A DNA stretch of 64,000 nucleotides from Octopus vulgaris (GCA_951406725.2 OX597819.1:96348001-96412000), one strand, 5' to 3'. Shown: positions 39,549 to 55,468, numbered from the stretch's first letter. The notes: generated by a model not told the origin, from the letters alone. Numbers and translations: made by a program.

Positions 39549-42500
39549 CGAATTCTTGAATGTGTGTGTGCCTGGTTGTATAATCACACCACTGTCAACT
39601 ACTTATGCAAATTAGCTTGGCCATTTCATATACGTTCTGGTGATTTGTATATTATGTAATTAGTGATTGCGATAAATTCACTTTCTAGGGTAGAAGGCTG
39701 AAAAGTACCTGTCTTGTGGTAATGCTTCAGTAGATACACAACAGTGAAGGGCATCGTTTAAATATTTTCTTTGCTTAAATAGAGTGAAGTGATGTATTTA
39801 TATCTGTTTACCTTTCGCAGTAAGTGCCTTAAAATCCCATGTTTTCATTACAATAAATTTATCTTTTATACATACGTTCATAAAGATATATATATATATG
39901 TGTATGTGTGTGTGTGTGTGTGCATTTCTATTATTCTATGTTTATAAATAAGATTATTTACTTATATCAAAAAGATTACTGCACAAAGCTTTTAGGTGTG
40001 AGCGCATAATTCAGTTTAACAACACTCAATTATAACAAACTGTGCTCAATTCTAACCCAGTTGTATATCGATCACTTTGTGTCGTTGTATGAAAACACAA
40101 AATTACATTAATTTATTTCTATATGTTTGCATATATAATAATGTATATATTTGTAATGCTATATTTATATTAATGTGTGCTAATATATATATATATATAC
40201 ACATACACGCAAACTGCTAGAAATAGTTTGATGTTCAGTCGTTTTCATCCTGTACTATTTTGTTCGTAAAGCATGTGGCATTCCCTGATTGGTTAAAAGA
40301 CAGTCATATCCACCAGTAATAGTATTATTATATTCTAGAATCAGTTTCTAGTAGAACGACCTCTTTGAATTTTCGTTGGCTGTACTGTTATATTAAAGCG
40401 TCTCTGTTCGAGGTAAAAAGTGACATTGGTTCTAGAGTTTCCTATACAGGGACCAGAGGTCATGATATGGAAACAAAAGTTCCTGATATAGGGGTCAGAG
40501 CTCCTGATCCTTTGATGAGAGCACAATTACATTACAGAGAAAGTAAACTATTTTGCCAACAGAGATCAACATTGTTTTAAGGATATTCTTTCTGAGTACG
40601 GGATTTGCTGGTTCTTACTTTATTAATGTAATTATTCTGATGTAATTATTCAATTGTACTGTCTTGTTTGGTTTGCGTAATAATGAATGAATATTAATGA
40701 ATGCATGCTATTAATGTAATAATGATTGATGAACATGGGAATATAATTGTTCGAAGGAAGAATTTCGTGTAAGGTATATTTGCATCAGTATTGACCACGT
40801 TTTCATCTCCAGTCCGAGGTTTTCAGTGGCTTCTTTAGACGGATTCTGTAATGAGCAACGTTTTATAAAATGTTTATAATTTGTTTAGAAACAAATGTAG
40901 ATGAGGAAAATGTAGATGAGGAAAATGTAGCAGTGGATATCACCAGAGATATGGGTTGTTGTATAAATAAATGACGAGAATAAAAAGTACGATAAAAAAA
41001 GACAAAAAAATATGGTAGCCCAAAGGTAAACATGGCGGATGTAGACCGACTGATAACTGAAGTACAATGGTACAAAACGGATCATGGTCTAGTGTGTAAT
41101 TAGTGTAATATTGTTACTATATTTAGTATTGTATATAAAGGACTGTATCTTGTTATTTTCGTGTAACATGAATTGTTATGGATCCCAGCTACCTTTGTTA
41201 CATATTTATAAACTGATAATGAAATAAGTTCTATTTAAGTAAATTAGTATTAATATTCGAATGGTTAGAACACTGAAAATACCACTTAGACAACAGCTGC
41301 GTCTTACATCAAACTTTAATGTGCGTGTATTAGCTCTATAATATATTGTTCTCCATTGTAAAATATACTGAGAGAGAAGCGGGAAGCGAAGAGAAAAGGT
41401 GCGGGAGAGAGGAAGTAGATAGAAACATTGATAGATGCCAGTTAGTTCTCTGACATGTTTAATTCTAACAGTATTAAAAATAGTTCAAAGGATGTCGCTG
41501 TTGGAATACCTCAATCGGAAATAGTAACAATTGACGCGAAAGTCATAGCTACAGATTCTTTCTAGACAATTCTTTCGTGTTTGGAATGTCATTTGGTTCT
41601 TGTTGGAAGAAAATTCCTCGAGGAAATGCCATTTCTTTTTCGGTTTCTCTTTTGTTTCAACTGCTCATTGTCTGTTTGTTTATTTACTGGATAACCAGTG
41701 TTGTTGATGTTACAGTAATTTGAATCTATGCACGACAACACTTCCGGGGTAGAACAATGGAAGCGAGGTTGCATGAAGAGCAAGTAGAAACTGCTTCGCT
41801 AAGAAATTGTGTTTATTAATCGTTTCCGATTTGAAAATGTAAATCGGAGATGTTCTTTGTGTTTCTGTCATTTGAAATAATCAATCCGTAAATATGATTT
41901 TGCATTTCTTGGTTTCTAGTATCAGCTATTTGATATATCATATACCATGGAGAAAATAACTGTTATTGGAAACCTAGAAATGTTTCTAGAGAAGAGGATA
42001 AGCAGTAAATAGACATTTATTAGTTACATTTAAAAATACCATTATTTTCACAAATCTCAACAATACATGGCCCTTTAATGAGACACATATACCTCTGGTA
42101 GAAACGGCTGTCTATTACAGGTGGACCAATATAATGCACCACCCTCTATTACTGCATCGCCTTTAATCTGCCACACTTTCCAAACAAAACTAAATAACGT
42201 GCTCAATTTTACCTTCCTGAAATTATATCTCGCTGGAATATCTTAGTTTAACACCGTGGCTCCAGTCACGAATAAACAAGAGATAAAACTGGCGTAACCG
42301 TAAGCTTGTCCGTTGAGGAACTCAATACAAATTTTTTAAAAGTATCATGGCTCGTACTTCCTCCTTTCAGAGACACAACTTCGAGAGAATATTTACATGA
42401 AATATATGCTATGTTAAGCAAGCTTCGTAATAATTAGGTTATGCGTGCAGTCATTTATACATGCTAATGGGAATTCAAAGGTTAAACCTCGGACTTCTTC

Positions 42501-42611
42501 GCACCTCAGTGTCTTAGCTATTGGCCAGTTGAATAAAGAAGTATACTATTCAGCGCTCTTACAACTGTGTAAATGTTGTGAGTTCATCGCCTACTGGAGT
42601 GTGAATGATTC

Positions 42612-42644
<33 letters not shown>

Positions 42645-43769
42645 CAATTTGTTACTGACTCATAATAAACGTTTCTAGACTTTCACGGTATCATCAATCA
42701 AGATATGAAATATATTTGGCTTCTGTATCTCTTTCTTTTAATGTGACCCGAATTTATGCAAGCTGTGTCGTCAAAGACTTTTTGACACTTGAGTTTCCAC
42801 CCTAGCAGTCATCATTTAGGGAAGTTAAACTTATGCAGGCTTTACTGCCCCACAAATTTTAGCCATTATACTTCCATGTTATCAGTCATGTGGTAATTGT
42901 TTCATGTCAGTGTTTCTGTGTGTTTAATAAAATATGGTTTGCCCTCCATGATTGACCTTCTATCTTTGGGTGAAATTTTACATAGAAATTTTCTTGAAAT
43001 GTAAATTTCACATGCATTTACATTTCTTGAATTCAAAACGTTAAACGAAACAGTTTCTATTTTCCTACAGCACTAAATTAATTGTACATTCACTTATTCG
43101 TATTGCTTTCATTCATTACACCTTTTCTACTAAGGCATGTTTGCAGACGTTGACGAATATACGCAGAGAAAATAAGACTGCAGCATCAGCAACATAATGC
43201 ACGACAAGACAGACATATAAACATACACGCAGGTACATATATGCAGATGCACATGCATTTACATTTAAATATGCATAGATAAGTAAGATTTCAATATATA
43301 GTACATAAAACATGCTTAATCGTTTTTGCTCTAAAACATTTATATATCTCCCCACACACACATGTAATGAACAGCGTGGTAGTTTGCTTGAAGCGTTGTG
43401 GCATAAGAAAACAAGAATAATGTGGGAAATTTCCTACAATGCGAAAAGAGAATTAATAAATTTTAATTTCTTATATATACCTCCCGGATGACTCATCCTT
43501 CTACAGAGAAAAGCTGTAAACGAAGTATTAGAAGCGAATTATTAGAAGCCAGAGACCACCTTGGTGATTTCATTGCCCATTCAATTGCACGGTACATTCA
43601 CCTTCTGCACACACACAACGCACAAACACACACACACACATACACACACACACAGAGAAACAGATATATACATATACGTACGTATATATATTATATATAT
43701 ACGTGTATATATATATATATGTATATATATATGTATATATATATATGTATATATATATATGTATATATG

Positions 43770-43814
<45 letters not shown>

Positions 43815-44406
43815 ATGTATATATATATATATAGATATAGAAATAGATAGATAGATAGATACACATACATATGTACATATTAATGCACATACATATATGC
43901 ATATATGTACATACTTACACTCATACGCACATACATACATACATACATACATACATACATACATACATACATACATACATACATGCATGTATACATTCAC
44001 ACATACATGAATGTATGCATATAGACAGATACAATAGAGGTGACATTAGGTTCTGCAAAAGTGTCTTACAATGTTCTATCGAATAACTATTCAAACGGAA
44101 ACTTATCAATACATATTTAGATGTGAGTATTTGTGTTGATGCGTGTGCGTGTATACAGTTTGCGACAGAGTTCCACGTCCAACAAAGCTTACAATTTTGA
44201 AACTCACGTAAATTTGAAGCCGCTTAAGCCTATTGTGCATTTTCGACTGCATGTATTTCTCTTTATATCTATACCTTTATCTTTATCCATCCATCCAAAC
44301 ATCCATCCATCCATCCATCCATCCATCTATCAGTCTGTCTATCTGCATGTCTGTCTGATTATCTGTCTATTTGCCTGTCTGCCTCCATTCAAGCCTCTAT
44401 ACAAAC

Positions 44407-44407
<1 letters not shown>

Positions 44408-44484
<77 letters not shown>

Positions 44485-44553
44485 GTCTATCTATCTGTCC
44501 GTCCGTCCGTCTGTCTGTCTGTCTGTCTGTCTGTATATCTATCTATCTAGCTG

Positions 44554-44636
<83 letters not shown>

Positions 44637-44645
44637 GTCTGTCTA

Positions 44646-44682
<37 letters not shown>

Positions 44683-44683
44683 A

Positions 44684-44754
<71 letters not shown>

Positions 44755-44755
44755 A
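44408..44755. repeat. (CTAT)n/(CTGT)n compound microsatellite
   Basis: Direct reading. Confidence 0.95.
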
Positions 44756-45317
44756 TAGGCATACAGTATAGGTTCTATCTACTTAATATGCATAATAATT
44801 CTGTGCTTTTTATCCAGACGTTGAGGGAACTCCTTGGGACATATTTTTTGCGGAACTGTAATTTCTACAAATGACTAAGTTATACTAATGATTTAATTTG
44901 CGCTCTCCTTTAGCTTCCAGACATATTTTGAAAGTGCGGTTGCATCTCCCATGTATATGTATCTAACCGAGTGGATTTGATGGGTGCATTTGCTTTTGAC
45001 CAGTATAATATTTTTCGTTCATCTCTGGTAAATATACCTCTGTTCGATCTAGTAGTGTTCATTATGCATTTGCCATCAATAGGACCAGATGTGACGATGC
45101 TTTGAAACGGGATATTTGACGTATTCATTCTTAAGCAGTTTTTAACATTAATTCTAACCATGTAGATGGTGGGCGTTTTGGTGTAACTGAGTTATACATT
45201 ATTGTTGCTTGAGAATTCATGATAATCATAGTTGTAGGGAAAATGCTTTTGTATCAGTATTGAATAATTTTCACTCTTTGCAGATTTACTCTCTCTCTCT
45301 CTCTCTCACCCATATGT

Positions 45318-45373
<56 letters not shown>

Positions 45374-45422
45374 GTATATATATATGTATGTATGCATATA
45401 TATAAATGTATATATATGTATA

Positions 45423-45542
<120 letters not shown>

Positions 45543-45986
45543 TAAATGTAAATATATGTGTTTCCTTGTATTTTATGTGCGGGTGTGTGTATTTTATGTA
45601 TATGGATGTGTATGAGCATTTTATATGCATGAAATGATGTATGTGTCTGTATGTCTTCTAACATCGGCTTGTATATTACATCAAAAGTAGACAGACTTTT
45701 TTAAGCACTTTATCGCATCCATAAAGGTAACTCTTTTAAAATGACATTAATAGATGCCTGCTAGTAATGCTGTGCCTCTTATCTCCCCGATTAACATTTA
45801 TAGCGGCAGGCTTTGGTCTCAAATATACCCATGTGATACAACGTACAGCATACAAATGATGAAATGCTTTGTGTCTTATCTATGAATATATGGTTTGATT
45901 GTCACGTTCATACTTCTTTCATTTTCAGCTCATTACTTAGATTCTATGTATGTATGCATGCGCACACACGAACAATCAAAATTAGA

Positions 45987-46035
<49 letters not shown>

Positions 46036-47561
46036 GAACACGAATATTTAGGATAGGAAGAAGTATTTCATAAGTATTTGCAGAAATCAATGAAACAGAG
46101 GAATTCAAATTCCAAATTGATCATATATGCACGTGCATATGCGTACAGTATTGGATGGCCATTGACTCTCTAATTCATCTGCATTTTGGTAGGTCTTATT
46201 TTTAATCCTGCATAGTGTCACGTTCACCTTCCTCATCAAGCAAAATTAGTGTGTCTGAAGTTTAGTCGCCGGGGATCTAACGAAACAAAAGTTAGTACTG
46301 GGTTACCAGTAGTACTTGCCAGTTACTTGATGAAGAAGGTGATTGTGACACTCAACAGATATAAAAATAAGATCTGCCAAAGGGTAGATGTATTAGGGAG
46401 TCAATCGCCATCCCGTACTCTGTACATTTGCCCGTACATTCACATACATGTACGTGTATGGTTTCTGGCGTGTTTAAATTTCATTTAAATGAGGTGTGGA
46501 GGAAATATATAACCTTCATCTTCATAGCTTCGAAGTTGGGTATCTCTTCAGACATCTTGGCAATTGCATGCATTCTTATATAATCGCAGTTGTATTGAGA
46601 TTTTCTCGCCATTGGGTTTATTGTGCAAGAACGGAAGCTGAAGTGAACTAGTGCTATCTCCAGCAGACGAGTATCCACCACCGTGGACGAGCACAAAGAG
46701 CTCAGAACCGTACGGTCTAGTGGTCCTGTGGCTGAAAGATGGTAGGGGTTCACTAACCTGCTTGCAATACATGCATGCGTACATCAGATGCATAAATTAG
46801 TAGGGAACAAGAAATTATGTAATGAACTTCCTTAAGTTAGAGTTGTAATAAGATGTAGTGTACTCATAGTTAAGTGCTTGTGTATCACCAAGCTTCGACG
46901 AAGCTATCAGCTGAATGTTATTGTACAGGTAGATCTTATATGCCGAATGTGTTTTACCTATTTTGGCAGTCCCTATGACTGCTTGTAGCTATAATCGTCT
47001 GATAAAATCTTTTATTTTTGATTTTTGAGAATCTGAGCTTCTGACGTGTTTTGATATTAAGTCACACAGCCAAATGCTCCAGTAAATATAAAAATCAGTT
47101 ATAGTCCTGGATGGTGTATTGGTACACTTCTCACCAGTTCGGTATAGATGTTTACTGTTTCATTAATCATCTGCATTATGTTTACATCATCTTGGCAACT
47201 GATTTCAACCACTCTTTAGAGTTTCTTTACTCTGTATCAGGTCATTAAGTCTGGTCTGCCGCACTTGCATTTTTTGAAATCTTGACAAGGATATTTCCCC
47301 AATATTTATTCATATTATGTATGCTTATACTCCCCACTCCATCACTGCAGCTTCGTATGTTTTTCTTCTTAGAAATATACTTTATATATTTCATTATAGT
47401 ATTTCCTGTGTGTACAGTTAACTGTACGGATGGATACAAATAACTACGATGGCGAAAGGTGCGTAAGGAACAAATGGCATAAACTGCATCTTGTGTTTAT
47501 CATACGCTTTATGATCTTTCATTATGTAAGATTTCAGCCACTAAATTTTTGTTTCATAGGT

Positions 47562-47613
<52 letters not shown>

Positions 47614-48910
47614 CATTATTCAGTTAAATTCAAGATTTCTTACCAATAGAGAAAGAACCGGTTTCCAACCTAGATCCAAAGTTCCTTCATTGGAATTTCA
47701 ACATCAACAACAAGGTATTTTTGTATGTATGTATGTATGTATGTATGTATGTATGTATGTATGTATGTATGTATGTATGTATGTATGCATGCATGTATGT
47801 ATGTATGTATGTAAAATATACGAGAAGTTTTCGTCAGGATGACTCAAACTAAGAGGTATGCCACTAAAATTCCGATTTGAACTGCAGTTGAATATTTGAT
47901 TTGGTGACTGTCTTTCTAAAGTGGCTAGATGTTGTTTCTCCTTGAGCAGGTATAAATGTATGTATGTATGTTTTCTTTTTCTTGACAGTAGTTTTTGAGT
48001 TTAAGAAAAGATTTACACAGACACTCCCACACACACACATTTAAAAATTGTTTCTATTTCTTTTTTATTTATCCATGACGCAACTATTCACCCTTTACAT
48101 TTTAAGCAGGTTTTGTAAATTTTCATTGCCTCAGAATGTCATGATCATCTATAGTATATGAATCATAGACCTATGTTCTTATTCCGTAACTCCAAGTTTA
48201 GCCGAAATTCGATCTATTTATGGTTTGGTAGATATTCACAAAAAAAAATGGATATAAAATTTGAAGTGCAGTTTGGATTTCCAAGTTCCACGTAAACGCT
48301 CCATACATATCTTCTTTATTTTATATTACATAATGTTATTTCCGCCATCATGACATCAGATGGACAGCTGACTTTCACAATGGAGCATGTTTATATTTGG
48401 TGGTCCTAAACAACATCTGGTTGGTCGTGTGTTAATTTACTTGTTTATATTTCTAGTTTATATTCTTTTTCTCTTACTTTTTCCCAGATTGCTTCAGCTA
48501 TCACATCACGTCTAAAAGAAAGATAGTATCTAGGGGATATTCACTCGCAGTTGATAATGACATCTTTAGTTTAAGTTTTGCAATGTACGTTGTCAGCTGA
48601 TGTTTTCCGGCTTCTATGAGGAAGGCATTTCGAGTGGATTAAAAGCGTGATTTTATAAAAAAAAATTGTCCGTTAGACATACCAAGCTTTTAGTATGGTT
48701 TATACCCACAATGCGATTTTCGCTTTAACTTCCTATGTACAGTACACTGGTCTAGTTTTGGTTTTATTGAGATATTACATAAGACTTTCCAATGTTCTTT
48801 GCGGAGAGATCTGTGTCATCTTCTTTCACTCTATGTCTCTCATCAAGTTCGTTAGTTATCGTAATGTTATTTTCGTGATGACAAACTTCAACGACATAGT
48901 TGCTGAGATT

Positions 48911-49810
48911 TGTATGTATGTATGTATGTATGTATGTATGTATGTATGTATGTATGTATGTATGTATGTATGTATGTATGTATGTATGTATGTATGTATG
49001 TATGTATATATGCACCTATGTGTGTGCGCATGCATGCTGTATGCTTGTATTTATGTATGTATGAACGTGTATATATCTATGTTTATATGTGCGTACATAT
49101 GTATGTCCATATATGATGTGTGTGTGTGTGTGCGTGTGCGTGTAAGTATTTCTGCGTGCATCATGTATGTGTATCTATGTATATATGTATCTATGCCTAT
49201 ATATAAGTGTATATATGCATATATGACTCTATGCCTGTATGTAAGATCATGTATGTATACATGTATCCATGCATATATGTATGCGTATCTATGTATATAG
49301 GCATCTATGTATATATGTATTTGTATATGTATATATATGTATATATGCATATATATAAGTGTATGTATGTATATATGCATAGATGCATATGTGTATATGT
49401 ATCTATGTACATATGTATCCATGTATATATGTATCCATGTATATATGTATGTATATCCGTGTATATATGTATCTATGCATATATGTATGTGTATCTATGT
49501 ACGTATGTATTTATACATGTATGTATGTGTATCAATGTAGATATGTATATATGCATATATGTATCTATGTGTATATGTATCTATGCATATATGTATATGT
49601 ATCTATATAGATACGCATTTATGCATTTATGTATGTGTATCTGTCTATATATATATATATGCATTCATGCATATATGTATGTGTATCTATGTATATATGT
49701 ATCTATGCTTATACGTATGTGTATCTATGTGTATATGTATTTATAAATACATATATGTGCATCTATGTATATATGTATTTATGCATATACGTATGTGTAT
49801 CTATCTATGT
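48911..49810. repeat. ~900-bp cryptic purine-pyrimidine alternating repeat
   Basis: (GTAT)n grading into a higher-order unit like gtatctatgcatatatgtatgt. Confidence 0.85.
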
Positions 49811-50307
49811 GCAGATAAAAACATTAAACTCATTGACGAGAAGAAGCCAACCAGAGTCGGTTTCCAAATTGAATGAAATTCAGTGAAGACTCTCATGTTG
49901 AAACAAACATTGAATGGTGAAGTCTCAATTTCTGGAATATCACAGTAGAATCCGCAATACAATCCTATTAGCAATTCCCCCACTTTCTTTCATCGTCCTC
50001 TTCCTTGTCTTTTTTTCTTTTGCTTTTCTCTTTTTGTCTGTCTTTCATTCTCTTATTCTTTCTTTTATTTCCTTTACTCTCTTTTTTATTTACTTTCTCG
50101 AATTAATTTCCCTTAAACCAATCCATCAGCGATTGCTTGCACACACGCGCACGCGCACCCACGCACGCGCACATACACACACATTTACACTCACTCGCAC
50201 AGATACATACACTCACACACACACACACACACACACTTACATATACATACATAGATACATATATATAAATGCATATACATATACATGCATCTATATACAT
50301 ACTACGT

Positions 50308-50393
<86 letters not shown>

Positions 50394-50454
50394 GCATATA
50401 CATTCATCTATATACATAATACGTACATGCACACACACACACACACACACACAA

Positions 50455-50530
<76 letters not shown>

Positions 50531-51123
50531 TTTTAGGTAAACAATGAGGATTTACTTCCAAACATTGCTAATACTACTTTTGCAGGAGTTCAGTACCACC
50601 AGGCAGCAGTATATTCATTTTATCCATTATGGACTTACACTTTTCTCATATGAAGATTGTACGTCAACTGATCTACGTATGTCTACAAAGCTGACGCAGA
50701 ACTGGCACTGGAATCACTATTGAAAACAACTCGTGTAGTATGTTGCTACTACACATAACCCTAAGCATGTCTACACTTTTAAACTTGCATGACACACTGT
50801 CTCAGACAAAATCTTCTGTTGCTGTTCACTCCAAACCTTGTATCCTTCCATCTACGTCTCATTCGTTTCACAGCGCTAATAAAACATCAGTCGTGTACTA
50901 CGACATTATCTAATGTGTATTCTCCTTTTATGTGAAGGACGGTGTGATTTGAGGGAGATTTCACTACTATTTGAAGAGGGTCGATCAACCATCACTGGCT
51001 CTGTAGGAATTTAATATGTCACAAAACACACAGGTGAATATAAAGATCTGTAACGGTTCAACAACACCGCTTGCAGAATAGGAAGCTTTGAACATTGCAT
51101 GGTAAGAATGAATTAGCATATGG

Positions 51124-51395
51124 TTCTTGACAACTTTCTGTTGTGATGGTCATAGGCAGCGTCTTTTTACGGTGGGCATTGACAGTGTCCTGCTTCGGTG
51201 GACTTTGGCAATGTTCTCTTGCGTTGGTTATTAACAGTGACTTGTTATAGTACTCTTTGATAGTGTCCTGCCATGGTGGTCGTTTATAGTGTTCTGTTGC
51301 CGTTGTGTTTATCAAAGTTCTGTTGTGAGAATCGTTGGCAGTGTTCTATTGTCATTGAAAGCGTTTTGCTGTGACAGACTTAGTATTCTGTTGTA
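51124..51395. repeat. 26-bp minisatellite, about 10 diverged units
   Basis: Same unit as 9137-9292. Confidence 0.8.
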
Positions 51396-51397
51396 AT

Positions 51398-51673
51398 GTG
51401 CAGGAGTGGCTGTGTGGTAAGTAGCTTGCTTACCAACCACATGGTTCCGGGTTCAGTCCCACTCCGTGGAACCCTGGGCAAGTGTCTTCTACTATAGCCT
51501 CGGGCCGACCAAAGCTTTGTGAGTGGATTTGGTAGACTGAAACTGAAAGAAGCCCGTCGTATATATGTATATATAGGTGTGTATATGTTTATGTGTCTGT
51601 GTTTGTCTCCCCAACATCACTTGACAACCGATGGTGGCGTGTTTACGTCCCCGTAACTTAGTGGTTCGGCAAG
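51398..51673 (+). mobile_element. SINE family A, 3'-truncated
   Basis: Similarity to 3420 and 8794 copies. Confidence 0.9.
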
Positions 51674-51674
51674 G

Positions 51675-52040
51675 CACTTTACCCACTTTTTCTTTCACGT
51701 CAACCGTGCCTATGACAATATTCTTATGTTTCTTTCCTCCTTGTTAACCTGTCTTAATGGATCCTATCCAAATTGCATCTCTTTTTCCCCATAATCCGTT
51801 TCAGAACTCCTTGGCTTGGTTTGCATCAGGAGCAACATTTTCCCCATTGTCTCCTTCTAACAGTCGGAAGAATTGCTTCGGGTTATTTTGAACAATCTGT
51901 TCTCCTCGAACTGCCTATTTCTGTTCACAAATCTTCTGATCTTCTGGCTTTTTGCCGTGATCCTCTGTTTTAACTGCTCTGTTACTGCATCAAACCCGTT
52001 CTTCCGTATTTTATATTTCTTCTTTAATTTTATTATTATT
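51675..52040 (-). mobile_element. R4/Dong-type LINE pre-RT ORF fragment
   Basis: KYKIRKNGFDAVTEQLKQRITAKSQKIRRFVNRNRQFEENRLF. Confidence 0.7.
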
Positions 52041-52880
52041 AGAGGAAAAGTGAGACAACGTTCTCGGAGAAACTCTAGGTGTCGATGAGAACTAACCAGT
52101 CTGTTTCGGAGAACTTTCGGTCCTGGGCCTATGGATAACCTCCTGAAATCCCTTGCTTGGCAGTGCTACCGAGGGGCGCCGCCAGTTCGAGATAAACTTT
52201 ATAGGCACAGAAGTGCCGTCAGCCAGGCCTGCCCGAGGTACGCCCAGAACGATAAAACCGTTCTACACGCCCTAGGCCAGTGCCCGAGTATAGTTGACCT
52301 GTGGGTTTATGTCGAACACCTGCTGTCGCGTGCTGGACGGATCCCGTTACCAGCTAAATCCATGGTGAAGATTGGCCCGCCGCCCCCTTTTGGTCGAGAG
52401 GGGCAGGCAATTTTTATTTGTCTAGTGGCTTTAGCGAAAGAAGTAATATGGTGGACCCGTTTGAAAGGGCTGAAGACAGACACTTTCCTCTTTGGCCAAG
52501 CCCTCATCTACTTTTTAATGCTTCACCTGAAAAGGAAGTTGAGGGTGGAGAGGGAAGTGTTGCCTTGTAGCAAGTTTGTTGAAAGGTGGGTGAATGTTGG
52601 AAGAATGGCAAGTGTGAAAGGACCAATTCTGAGGGTGCACCGGTAAAAAGGGAATTAAAGAAGGGCTCTTACCCTGTTGATCAATCTCCCGTGGCTTTTG
52701 TGGGTTTTTCCACGAGCGCCTTAAAGCGTCTCCCCTTTTGGGAGTTTTAATTTAATTTTTTATTGATATTTATATTGTTTTCACGCGGAAAACTCATTGT
52801 ATCATCCTGTTTTTGTCTTTTATGTTTTATGTCATTTAATGTTTTTGTATGTGAGCTCTTGTGGCTAATAAAAGGATAAA
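52041..52880 (+). mobile_element. Tx1/L1-clade LINE 3' end (zf-RVT region plus 3' UTR)
   Basis: ORF 52131-52646 LAWQCYRGAPPV...CPRY...TVLHALGQCP; UTR ending AATAAA. Confidence 0.8.
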
Positions 52881-52883
52881 TAA

Positions 52884-52959
<76 letters not shown>

Positions 52960-52960
<1 letters not shown>

Positions 52961-53262
52961 GCAAACTCACAGCTTATCTTGCTAGCTATGATGAGAAGTG
53001 TCAGCTGTCCACAGCCAGCAGACTAAGGCAACACATGTTCACTGGCCATGCTTCAAGAACCTTGTGAAGAATTTTTGCAGTTCCAAGTAATGCTGATTTT
53101 TGTAGATGTTCTACCTTTATATTTGTACCAATCTTTCTGAGCCATGTTGGTAGTTGAGTGCTGATAATTCCAAGTGCGCCAATTACTATTGGTACCACAC
53201 CTACCCTCTTCATTGATCACAACTTTCGCATTTCCCACATCAAATCGTCATAGTTATTAATT
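52960..53262 (-). mobile_element. R4/Dong-type LINE 3' end with (TAA)n tail
   Basis: VVPIVIGALG...LQKSALLGTAKILHKVL; (ATT)n at ~52888-52958. Confidence 0.8.
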
Positions 53263-53265
53263 TAA

Positions 53266-53375
53266 TTCTTCTTCTTCTTCTTCTTCTTCTTCTTCTTCTT
53301 CTTCTTCTTCTTCTTCTTCTTCTTCTTCTTCTTCTTCTTCTTCTTCTTCTTCTTCTTCTTCTTCTTCTTCTTCTT

Positions 53376-53404
<29 letters not shown>
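53266..53404. repeat. (TTC)n microsatellite
   Basis: Direct reading; source of the spurious poly-Lys ORF. Confidence 0.95.
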
Positions 53405-53406
<2 letters not shown>

Positions 53407-55053
53407 GCTATAGTAGGGGACGTCCAAAAAAACGTTGTACCGCTTATGTTAAAGGTGCCAAGCAGCAAGAGACACCGCTATGTATATAATACAAATTTAG
53501 TAGAGAAATTGATATGAAATTCTGCTTAGGAAAATGCACTAAGAGAATAATATTAATAAATACAGTAATATGATGTTATATAAATTCGACTACACACAGA
53601 CTTTAAAATGTGCAGGAATTAATTGAGTAAACCTTGTGGAACACACACTAATACGCATGCGCATACACTTAGACGGACTATTATGCACGCTTTAAAACTG
53701 AGATAAATTTTAAAAGTTAGGCAATATGTATTAGTACTCGGTTTCATTTATAATGTTCTGAGCTGGAAGAAAAGGGGATGAGCAAAGACAGTAAGGAAAT
53801 CAAGAGAAATAATGACAGTGTTTACAAGACACAATTTAAATGATGACAGAGGAAGAATATATTTACCAGTAGCTCTACCCCACTAGATATAGTATGGTAG
53901 AGATAATTGATCATAGACAATATTCCGAACTATATACCCTTACAACAAATTTGAGATCCTCTACCTAGGTTAGAAACCAATATCAATAATAACACTCCAG
54001 TAGTCATCTTGACATTTCATCATTCCAAAGTATATATCTTTCTCTGGAATTGAAAACCTCCAACGTTCCTTATGAATAGTCCCATGTAGGTATGTTCTAT
54101 TTATAGCATTGAACGTTCTATATGTATAGTCACTACTAATTCTATTGTATTTAGAAAACTTTATAAAATATATATCCAGTACCTACTTATTTTGTATTTA
54201 GAATACACATATAAAATTCAGTCAACGCCTAATTTTACAGTATTCAGAAGTTTATTGACACTGCTAATGCACCACTAATTGTACCGATAAAGGTTTCTGC
54301 TTTAAAATGTTGAGTGGGTCATGAATTAAATTTAATATACATTTCCGATTTCCCAGACTCTTTGTAGAGGTTTCCTTTCCGACATAGATGAACAAGAGAC
54401 AGTACATATATATATATAGATACACCCACATATAGACATACACATATACACTAATAATATGACCTGGTATGTGTAATCGACTTACAACAGAAGATTTGAA
54501 AGTCTTGATGAGTGAAATTATTACCTCACGTCATGATTCATTTTAATATTTAAAGATCTGCAACACTAACTTTAGAAAAAGAAAAACCTAGCAACTTATG
54601 AATTAAAACTTCATAATATAATAGTTAACATAACCATGACATAAGTAGACCAAATCACATGCAGCGCTATGTTGGCAGGAATTAAGCAAATGCGATTCAA
54701 TATGAATATATATATAGAAAAAGTAATTGAAAAACGGTTTCTGCAGAAAGTAAGATTAATATGTGAATATCGTTTGATATTATCCGCCGTAAAAGACGAG
54801 TTTTAATATTGCCAACTATTCCTGACGAAGCTTCCAATGAATGTAACATTGCACTCTGAATAAAACTTAGAAATATACACTAGTGCAAAGCTGATGTAAA
54901 ATCACTATATTTATTTATATCGGAAGAAAGGCTTAGAAACCAAACACAATTATTAGAGAAATAGAAGACATAGAAAAAGGCGAAATGGAGATATATAGAC
55001 GAAGAAAAGAAGCTGACTCGAGGACTTAGTAAATGCGTAAATGGCGTTGAAGA

Positions 55054-55118
<65 letters not shown>

Positions 55119-55289
55119 CACATATGGGTGTGTGTGTATGTATGTACGTATGTATGTATGTATGTATTACAATAAGATACACAAGAAATAAAAACGAGAT
55201 TTATAATCTCTATTCCATTTCCAGAATGGAAAACACTTCAAATATATTTGTTGAAATAAGATAGTTTTATTAATAAATTATTAACACAC

Positions 55290-55356
<67 letters not shown>

Positions 55357-55468
55357 CACACACACACACAATCACACACACACACAACACGTACGCACAC
55401 ACACATATTGCATATGTACGTAGTTATGTACGTATGAATGTACGCGTATATCTATCTATCTATCTATC

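Noticed and set aside
41042-41092. Hammerhead-like tagacc..ctgataa..gtac-aatg-gtac-aaaac..ggtcta
   Set aside because: Core positions are mutated; at best a dead ribozyme.
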